A stretch of 34,850 nt of DNA, taken from contig NIVC01003716.1 of the NCBI GenBank assembly GCA_002269645.1, positions 1 through 34,850 on the forward strand, written 5' to 3'. Each line of letters starts with the position of its first letter. The stretch's first letter is position 1. The notes beneath the pieces were generated by a model, which saw nothing but the letters and a program-made list of their open reading frames with translations, had not been told where the DNA came from and did not search any database. The stretch is from Macrostomum lignano. Its lineage: Eukaryota. This document shows, piece after piece, positions 1 through 7,161 of the stretch. A program made the position numbers and the translations under genes.

Positions 1-5
1 AATCA

Positions 6-513
6 CTAGTTCCAATTGCTTGCTCGACTAAAAAATGTCTCGATCAGGATCGTGCCGACTTCTTTTTTCACACTGACTTCTTCTTGTTGGCGTCGCCCTA
101 GTAGAGCTTTTGCAATATCTGCCTCTTCAGCCAGGGCCCAAAAAGCGGTACTATATTTTGGGCTTGGGCGGTCGCGCCTTTCATTCGATGTAATCTTTTT
201 CAGTAGATCGAAAATATTGCTTCCTGGCCAGGTTTTTTCCATCAAATACAATTTCCCACGACTTGTTGAACTCCAAATTCGGGTATCTTTCTGTCAACAT
301 GTCCCAAACTCGTTGTTGTCGTTCAGGAAAACGATTACTCTTCTTTTGCTTGATCTGACTTAGTTTATTTTGGAGTTGAGTGTTGTATTCAATGAGTTTT
401 TCATATTCTGTTTTAGATGCAATTTCTCGGGGTGCGCCTTGACTCAGTCTATTAAATTCTTCTTCTGGCACAACAACGTATTTATTCATTTTAGCGACCG
501 AGTAGTCCACCAA
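6..513 (-). pseudogene. Conserved Polinton hypothetical protein (PW-like), split by a +1 frameshift in an A6 run
   Basis: ORF 181-513 (MNKYVVVPEEEF...WEIVFDGK) joins ORF 6-251 (KTWPGSNIFDLLKKIT...PKYSTAFWALAEEADIAKALLG) if one T of the T6 run at 233-238 is removed. The joined protein matches the pattern K-x-V-L-V-P ... W...GE/EI-V-x-x-G-x-x-x-PGSNI-x-DL ... F of a gene recurrent in Polintons. Family name assigned from memory, not from a search. Confidence 0.65.
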
Positions 514-847
514 ACAGGCTTGATATTAGCGGTGCAGCAACAGATGCAAGGATGGGTACAAAACCACCGACTTGAGGGTTCGAGAGAAGCATATTCTTCT
601 TCCTATTTATAGACAATTTTGTGTCTGCCAATTCACGCAACGATCTTCTGTATCGCTTTAATCGCAGATACTGTTTCGGAGAAAGATCAATATTTCCCCG
701 GAGTACGTTGTGACTCAATTCACAGAGACAATGAATCAGTTCCTTGCCTGCACCTCGAATAATTGCCCGCCGAAGAGTGGGACGGGCTTTGGCGAGCTCT
801 GCGAGCTCGCCGCGACAAGAACATAGTCTGGAGATTCCGTTTGTCAT
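491..847 (-). CDS. Basic Polinton/adintovirus core-like protein (pX/mu- or cupiennin-like), 118 aa
   Basis: Likely ATG at 847 (AAAATG, just after a TATA cassette). Sequence LAKARPTLRRAIIRGAGKELIHCLCELSHNVLRGNIDLSPKQYLRLKRYRRSLRELAD...QVGG|FVPILASVAAPLISSLFGGLLGR: Arg/Lys-rich body, adenain-type GG|F site and amphipathic C-terminal tail, as in adenovirus pX (MRGG|FLP..) and Polinton homologues. Confidence 0.8.
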   Translation of the reverse strand: MTNGISRLCSCRGELAELAKARPTLRRAIIRGAGKELIHCLCELSHNVLRGNIDLSPKQYLRLKRYRRSLRELADTKLSINRKKNMLLSNPQVGGFVPILASVAAPLISSLFGGLLGR

Positions 848-859
848 TTTGTTTAGCAC

Positions 860-927
860 AAAGATGTTGGTTGCAGTGCATCGCAATTTATGCACAATAT
901 ATTTATAGACAAGTTTCATAGCAGCAT
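860..927 (-). promoter_or_regulatory. Viral promoter cassette A, copy 1 (TATAAATA at 909-902), upstream of the 491-847 gene
   Basis: Minus strand GCTGCTATGAAACTTGTCTATAAATA...GCATAAATTGCGATGCACTGCAACCAACATCTTT, ending 12 nt before ATG 847. A near-identical copy lies at 1633-1703. Confidence 0.65.
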
Positions 928-1347
928 TACGATTGTACACCAATTTCAGTGCAGTGGTAATTGACAATAAAATTACACAACATTTGTGACAGCACTAAAA
1001 ATCCAAAAGCGACTGTGAGGAGATGTTGCTAGGTGTCGAGACGGGTACAAAACAAACAATGGAGACACGTACCGATTGTGGAACTTCTTAAATTTTACAA
1101 TGTCTGCTACGGCAGGATCTGTGTTATCAGAGGGTCATCAATCAAATATTTTGACAGTTAAAAATCGAAGCGGGTCAATCAACCCCGCATTACTTTTGTT
1201 GCTGCGTGGTGGAACGTGCCGAGTTGGGATTTTGTTGCTTAGGGGTGTGGCGATAAAATTGCTGCTGCCGCAGGGCAATAAATCAAAAGTTTTTGACAGT
1301 GGTCAGAAGCGGTCATTTTCATTGCAGATTTGGCTCAATTTCATTCA

Positions 1348-1619
1348 GCCAGCGGGGTGCAGCACGAGTGCATTCCGCAGGCCATCCCGAGCGTGGTTGA
1401 GCAAGTCAGGCATGGGTAAAACTACCGTGTTTGGGCGGTCCACGCCGCAGCAGCCGGAGACCACTGATGAGGTTGACACACCTGGTGTGTACTTGGAGAT
1501 CTCGAACGCTGGACCCTCCTGGTGCGACTACCTCATCAGTGCTCTCCAGCTGGTGCAGCGGGGCCCGCACAAACACGGTAGTTGGTCTGTGGGATGCATT
1601 CGTGCTGCACCCCGCTGGC
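1348..1619. ncRNA. Long imperfect inverted repeat; candidate structured viral non-coding RNA
   Basis: 1348-1384 pairs with 1583-1619 (4 mismatches in 37). 1420-1485 pairs with 1518-1583 (11 mismatches in 66). There is a 36-nt bulge at 1385-1420 and a ~32-nt terminal loop. The inverted repeat is directly visible; RNA status is inferred. Confidence 0.5.
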
Positions 1620-1632
1620 ATGGGTGAGCTTG

Positions 1633-1703
1633 AAAGATGTTTGTTGCAGTGTACTGCAATTTGTGCATGATATATTTTATTTATAGACAAGTTTCATAGC
1701 AGC
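1633..1703 (-). promoter_or_regulatory. Viral promoter cassette A, copy 2 (TATAAATA at 1685-1678), upstream of the hairpin
   Basis: Minus strand GCTGCTATGAAACTTGTCTATAAATA...GCACAAATTGCAGTACACTGCAACAAACATCTTT. The first 26 nt are identical to copy 1. The core TTGTCTATAAATA also recurs at 616-604, upstream of the 6-513 gene. Confidence 0.6.
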
Positions 1704-1759
1704 TTGTACGTACATACAAATTTTGTTAAAACAGTAAAGTTACGCAATAGCTATATGGA

Positions 1760-2188
1760 TTAGACATACAAAACGCTAGTCACATGATCGTACATTTGAC
1801 AGAGCTCTTTAAAGTTTCGTATACCAAGGAAAACAAGGCGACCATTCTTTCCGCATAATAAACATTTAGCATTGCGAAATGGAGACTTTATTACTATTCC
1901 ATTGAAAACTTCGCACTCCCACTTCACCCATTGGGACCCTGAGTATGCAATTTGGAAAAAATTTGGCCATCTGTCTACTTCAGCGCGGTAAGTACTAGTG
2001 GTAACAACAACAGAAATTGGTTTACATTGAGGAAAAAGACGCAAAACTTGGTTGACTGAGCGACAACCGAATACAATTGCAGACAAAGAACGCTGAAAAA
2101 AGTTTATTGTACACTTTCCTATCCTCAAATTGATAAGAGCTCTTGGCCGGCGAAATGTCCGTGCGCTCGCCCAGTCCAAGTCAGGCAT
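1760..2188 (-). CDS. Polinton hypothetical protein (~142 aa; ORF open to 2239)
   Basis: Intronless ORF co-oriented with its neighbours; first ATG at 2188 (MPDLDW...); C-terminal CLLC motif. No family recognised. Confidence 0.5.
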   Translation of the reverse strand: MPDLDWASARTFRRPRALINLRIGKCTINFFQRSLSAIVFGCRSVNQVLRLFPQCKPISVVVTTSTYRAEVDRWPNFFQIAYSGSQWVKWECEVFNGIVIKSPFRNAKCLLCGKNGRLVFLGIRNFKELCQMYDHVTSVLYV

Positions 2189-2261
2189 GCAGCTCCATTT
2201 CGCGCAAAACACTCGGTTCACGCACTCGACGTTCTGCAAGTAGATTTTTCGGCAGTTTTCT

Positions 2262-2993
2262 TTACTTTCGTATCCTTCTTGGGGCTTTCGGTCGCTTCTT
2301 TGATTCGTTGGCTGCTACTACTTTCGATTGATGCTGTCGCTTTCTGGCCTGATTTTTAGGCACCTTTGGCTGCTTCTCCTTGACAAGCTTTGATGGTTTT
2401 TTTGCTTTCTTGCTTACTTTCTTGGAGCCTACCTTGATTTTTGGAGGTGGCGTCCAATAGCAACGGTCGAATGCCTGTTTGGCTTCTTCGACAAACTGTA
2501 GCTGTTGAATTTTTGGCATTGCGGTCAAAACAGCGCCTCGAATCACGGCCGTGTCGAGAGTAAACAGAATCCTGTAATAGCCGCTCTTGTTTTTGTAATT
2601 CTCTACAGGCAGTCCGTTTTGGTCGTACATTTTAAAGTCGTGAGCCAGCCCAAACGCTGCACTGTCGCCTCCAAACGCTGCACTGTCGCCTCCAAACGCT
2701 GGGTTGTAGCCCAGAAGAGCTAGACTTTCACTGGAAAGGTGCTCCGCCACAGTGTTGAAAGTGTAGGGTATGCAGCTCTCAATGTGTTTTTGTGCAATGA
2801 TGATGAATTCGCGACCTTCGTTGTCAGTACGCACACCTTTGACAATCAAAACAGGGACCGCATTGGCCAAGTAGAGAGGCCCCTGTTCGTCATATTCAAT
2901 GTCAAACGTTTCAACCCCGTTGAAGCTCGGACCTCGCGGTTTGAGTGCCAGCAGCTCTCGCTTGACGCAGTTGAAGTCTTGCACTGTCTCCAT
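2262..2993 (-). CDS. Polinton hypothetical protein, 243 aa; possible OB-fold ssDNA-binding protein with a Lys/Arg-rich tail
   Basis: ATG at 2993 follows a TATATAA cassette. Beta-rich core ending YYRILFTLDTAVIRGAVLTAMPKIQQLQFVE; ~60-aa highly basic tail; in-frame 21-bp tandem duplication (AFGGDSA x2) at 2650-2698. The SSB call is a resemblance only. Confidence 0.7.
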   Translation of the reverse strand: METVQDFNCVKRELLALKPRGPSFNGVETFDIEYDEQGPLYLANAVPVLIVKGVRTDNEGREFIIIAQKHIESCIPYTFNTVAEHLSSESLALLGYNPAFGGDSAAFGGDSAAFGLAHDFKMYDQNGLPVENYKNKSGYYRILFTLDTAVIRGAVLTAMPKIQQLQFVEEAKQAFDRCYWTPPPKIKVGSKKVSKKAKKPSKLVKEKQPKVPKNQARKRQHQSKVVAANESKKRPKAPRRIRK

Positions 2994-3010
2994 GTCTCTT
3001 GTCTGTTTAG

Positions 3011-3975
3011 AAAAATTTGCAGGTACGGGAGCTTGCAGATGCTCCGGGCTGGTGCTTATATACCCGAGAGTCTCAATAAGTTTTGTTTTAATTACACGAT
3101 AACGAGCTTTTTACGGTGTTGTCGTTATCGAGGATTCCGGAAAAAATGAACCTTTTGTTCCTATTTTCGGGTGCTGGCGTTGGAGGCGTGTTGAAATCCT
3201 TGCTCCAAGTTGATGGTAGTTCAAGCTTTGGCGGCCTGTTTCTCTTGTGCTTTGGCAGCCAAATCTTTTGTTGCTCCTCCCACGACGGATTATACAGATC
3301 TTGATGGTTCCGAAAACGTATTTTTTGGCGATGCTCCTCACTTAGTATCGGAGCCAGTAATCTCTCCATTCGTGCTAAATCAGCTTTGAACCTCATTTTG
3401 TCCCGTAGTTGCTCATTTATCCTGGCTGCTGCGTAGTCTTGGCTGTCGTAGGGACCTTGATCAATTTCCTCGACCTTGGCATTGAAGGTGACTAATCGCT
3501 CAGAAATCGGTTTGCTGTGGCAAATGCACAACCAGTCCGCAGATTTTTTCAACGTCTTATATTCGTCTTTTTCCTCGTTCGATAATAGAGGGTAGTCTCT
3601 GGAAATCCAGCTCATTTCTTGTCAAACACTGCGGGATGTTATTTGAGCTTAGAAAACTGCTGAGAAGCCGAGAAAAGTTTGCAGGTACGGGGGCTTGGTG
3701 CTCTGGGCTGGTGCTTATATACCCGAGAGTCTCAATAAGTTTTGTTTTAATTACACGATAACAAGCTTTTTACGGAGTTGTCGTTATCGAGGATTCCAGT
3801 AAAATGAACATTTTGTACCTATTTTTGGTACTGGCGTTGGAAGCGTGTTGAAATCCTTGCTCCAAGTTGTTGGCAGTTCATGCTTTGGTAACCAAAATTG
3901 CTTGTCAAACACTGCGTTTTCCACATGATTTTTAATTGAACTTGGTGAATTTAGAAAACGGCTGAGAATCCGAAT
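3011..3975 (-). repeat. Tandemly duplicated 'gene 3' end + promoter B' module (copies ~3011-3230 and ~3672-3888, partial third ~3901-3975)
   Basis: Shared blocks GCAGGTACGGG, GGGCTGGTGCTTATATACCCGAGAGTCTCAATAAGTTTTGTTTTAATTACACGATAAC and GTGTTGAAATCCTTGCTCCAAGTTG. CTTGTCAAACACTGCG occurs at ~3619 and ~3901; TTAGAAAAC(T/G)GCTGAGAA at ~3650 and ~3951. Confidence 0.9.
3088..3615 (-). CDS. Polinton hypothetical protein, 175 aa
   Basis: ATG at 3615 follows a second copy of the TATATAA cassette; intronless; charged helical composition. No family recognised. Confidence 0.65.
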   Translation of the reverse strand: MSWISRDYPLLSNEEKDEYKTLKKSADWLCICHSKPISERLVTFNAKVEEIDQGPYDSQDYAAARINEQLRDKMRFKADLARMERLLAPILSEEHRQKIRFRNHQDLYNPSWEEQQKIWLPKHKRNRPPKLELPSTWSKDFNTPPTPAPENRNKRFIFSGILDNDNTVKSSLSCN

Positions 3976-4271
3976 TTTCTTTATTTATGGTTTGCTGTCT
4001 GACAAAATTGACCTGGCATCTTATTAAACGAGAATATTTCATGCATAGAATTTAGTGTTTTTAGACCTTGATGACGTGTCTGGCTATAAATTTAGCCTTG
4101 TGTCTCGACCGGGTTGTTGCGTAACCCTGCTGCAGGTAGCTATAGCGAGCCGCGCAGGGCAGAGGGGTGGACAGCAGCGATTTACAGCGGCTGACTCATC
4201 ATGCGCGCGCGCGGGGGCCGCCAATTTTGTAGGGGCAACAGAATATCTTCTTGGATGCTAATTCTGCGCGT

Positions 4272-4755
4272 ACAGTTATGGGGTGGGTGGGCGCTACAAT
4301 TCTGCCAATTTTGGATGTATATATGGACAGTAAATATGGACAGTTATGGGGTGGGTGGGCGCGCTACAATTCTGCCAATTTTGGATGTATATATGGACAG
4401 TAAATATGGACAGTTATGGGGTGGGTGGGCGCGCTACAATTCTGCCAATTTTGGATGTATATATAGACAGTAAATATGGACAGTTATGGGGTGGGTGGGC
4501 GCTACAATTCTGCCAATTTTGGATGTATATATGGACAGTAAATATGGACAGTTATGGGGTGGGTGGGTGCTACAATTCTGCCAATTTTGGGTGCATATAT
4601 GGACAGTAAATATGGATAGTTATGGGGTGGGTGGGTGCTACAATTCTGCCAATTTTGGGTGCATATATGGACAAGTAATATAGACAGTTATGGGGTGGGT
4701 GGGCGCTACCATTCTGCCAATTTTGGTATATGGACAGTTAATATGGACAGTTAAT
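4272..4755. repeat. ~68-bp minisatellite (about 7 copies) in the Polinton terminal region
   Basis: Unit ACAGTTATGGGGTGGGTGGGCGCTACAATTCTGCCAATTTTGGATGTATATATGGACAGTAAATATGG, with 68-70 bp variants. Confidence 0.95.
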
Positions 4756-5020
4756 TCTGCGTACACCAATGCTGCGGGGTTGGGCGCGCTTGTGCGTACA
4801 ACAACGGCGGAGCGCTAATTATGCGTACTACTGGTCCTCGCTTCTGTACGACACAGTGTACACTGATTACATGTACAATTAGATTTACATGAGAGTTACA
4901 TGCATATCTCACATAATGACTCTGGACCAATTAGAAGAGGTCTAGTGCATTTAGATAGGCGCTGAATTTGCATTGGCTCTGACACCCACCTCACCTCCAA
5001 AACCCTGCTCTAACTGCACA

Positions 5021-5937
5021 TTACGTAGTAATGTAGAGAGGTGACTCGCCAGTGTTTCGTTGATGATTGACGTCAGCTTGTGCTTTGATGAGAGAGGTCA
5101 CAAATCGGAGGTGACCATTCTCTGAGGCAATGTTGAGAGGTGAGTAGCCATTGACTTCTTGAAGATTGACGTCAGCTTGTGCTTTGATGAGTGAGTTTAC
5201 AACTTGGTGGTGACCATTCTGTGATGCAATGTAGAGAGGTATCTCACCAGTGTTTCGTTGAAGATTAACATCAGCTTGTGCTTTGATGAGTGAGTTCACA
5301 ACTTGGTGGTGACCATTCTGTGATGCAATTAATGTACAGAGGTGAGCAGCCATCGTCTTCTTGAAGGCTGACGTCAGCTTGTACTTTGATGAGTGAGTTC
5401 ACAACTTGATGGAGACCATTCTCAGATGCAATGTAGAGAGGTGACTCGCCAGTGTTTATTTGTTGATTGATGTCAGCTTGTGCTTTAATGAGTAAGTTCA
5501 CAACTTGGTGGTGACCATTCTGTGTTGCAATGTAGAGAGGTGAACCGCCTTGGATTTGTTGAAGATTGACGTCAGCTTGTGCTTTGATGAGTGAGGTCAC
5601 AACTTGATGATGACCAAAAAGTGATGCAATGTAGAGAGGTGTCTCGCCAGTATTTCGTTGAAGATTGACGTCAGCTTGGGCTTGAATGAAGATCCCAACA
5701 ATTTTTACTTTTCCCAATTCACATGCAAAATGAAGCGGTGACATTGATGCTGATGAGCCTATCAACGTTAGAAGCTTTCTGCAGGTATCGTGAAATTTTT
5801 GTTGCATTTTCGAACATAATGGCTTCCAGGATCTCTTGTTCAGTCACATCGAGGCTCTCGCTTTGGCTTTCGGACCTGCCGATGGTCTGCATTAGAACTG
5901 CTGCAATCGCTGTCAGGGTTCTTAAAAGAGCTTCCAT
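5021..5937 (-). pseudogene. Ankyrin-repeat protein gene, frameshifted and 3'-truncated
   Basis: About 7 tandem 99-bp units encoding G-x-T/S-PLYIASQNGHHQVVNSLIKAQADVNLQ. Frameshifts at ~5745 (NVDRL.. / MSPLHFACELG) and at a 4-nt TAAT insertion ~5329-5332. The repeat stops abruptly after SPLYI at ~5030. Confidence 0.85.
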
Positions 5938-6823
5938 TTTGACGCGGTATCGGTGCTGCGAAATGCACAGAGCGCCGCTTTTTGCTGGTATTTATCTATT
6001 TTTGCTCATTTACGTCACAATTGTCTACCATTGGCAGCGCTGCCACGGGCCAATTGAAATGAATGAGGCTTGTGTCGGTTTATCTGTTTATTTATCTGTC
6101 TATAGTGTCACAGACATACAGTCAGCCTGACGCTAGTTACCGCCTTATTTAGGAGGGCTGTTCGCAAAGAAGCTGTTGTATGCAGCTTACACGCACGAGC
6201 AAAAATATTTTGGATCACAAGAGTAAGAATATTTTTTTTTATTATAGGCAGGGGGGTTGTGTGCACCCTGGCGCACTTTAAGCGACATAGGCACACAACC
6301 GGCGAGAGGCATTACTGCCCGACTGCCCGACTCCCCTGAGCAGGCATACAAGCGCGCACGAGTAAGAATATAAGAATATATAAAATAATATTTGCAATTG
6401 CATGCGTACCGACAAATGTATGCTGCTCGTACACACACTATCTATTTAATATACATGCAGCTGTACGTACGAGTCATTTATCAGTTAGTTTGTACTCGTA
6501 TACGATCACGGCTTGTATCTAAATTGTGCATTTCAATATTTCGTAAATGCACTTTCTTGAAAATGCACTGTCCATAAAGCTCTCTATACATTCTCGAAAT
6601 TCTATCTTCTCGAAATTCCACTTTCTTGAAACGTCAATTTCTTGAAAACCAAAATCATCAGTCCATTTTGCTTTCTCGAACATATTCGAAGTCAAACTCT
6701 AATACGCAACAAGTGCCTTTAGTTGATTTTGAAATTGCGAGCACATGTCATACATTACAGCGTATGAATTTATGAGATACATATGGCATGAATACATTTA
6801 CATGTAGTTACGACTGTATGGCC

Positions 6824-7161
<338 letters not shown>

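Larger units (their letters stand above)
1..4832 (-). mobile_element. Terminal ~4.8 kb of a Polinton/Maverick (adintovirus-like) endogenous DNA virus; continues left of the window
   Basis: Ends in ACTACT at 4827-4832 (AGTAGT on the minus strand, the known Polinton terminus), preceded by a tandem-repeat-rich terminal region. Intronless, compact, co-oriented genes include two I recognise as conserved Polinton/adintovirus small genes (491-847 GG|F protein; 6-513 'G-x-x-x-PGSNI-x-DL' protein). Confidence 0.8.

Noticed and set aside
231-240. A_AAA_AAC canonical -1 slippery heptamer in the PW-like gene (minus strand)
   Set aside because: The conserved downstream half is in the +1 frame; a -1 slip reaches a stop within ~10 codons, so -1 frameshifting cannot explain the split.
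1463-1510. Hammerhead-like CTGATGAG...CTCGAAC within the hairpin
   Set aside because: The core needs GAAA and a properly placed NUH with stems I/III; GAAC is present and CTGATGAG is sequestered in the long stem.
1076-1690. ORFs 1076-1627 (+), 1406-1690 (-) and 1431-1670 (+) as proteins
   Set aside because: They are by-products of the GC-rich inverted repeat; arm-to-arm changes are mostly non-synonymous in these frames, and the + ORFs oppose the orientation of all other viral genes.
4272-4755. CRISPR-like array
   Set aside because: Units are contiguous near-identical tandem copies without unique spacers, in a eukaryotic context. The same applies to the 21- and 22-bp arrays at 28337-30225.
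5018-5034. Palindromic junction ACATTAC-GTA-GTAATGT at the ankyrin truncation (possible hairpin-repair footprint)
   Set aside because: Only 7 bp, partly templated by the ankyrin consensus; could easily arise by chance.
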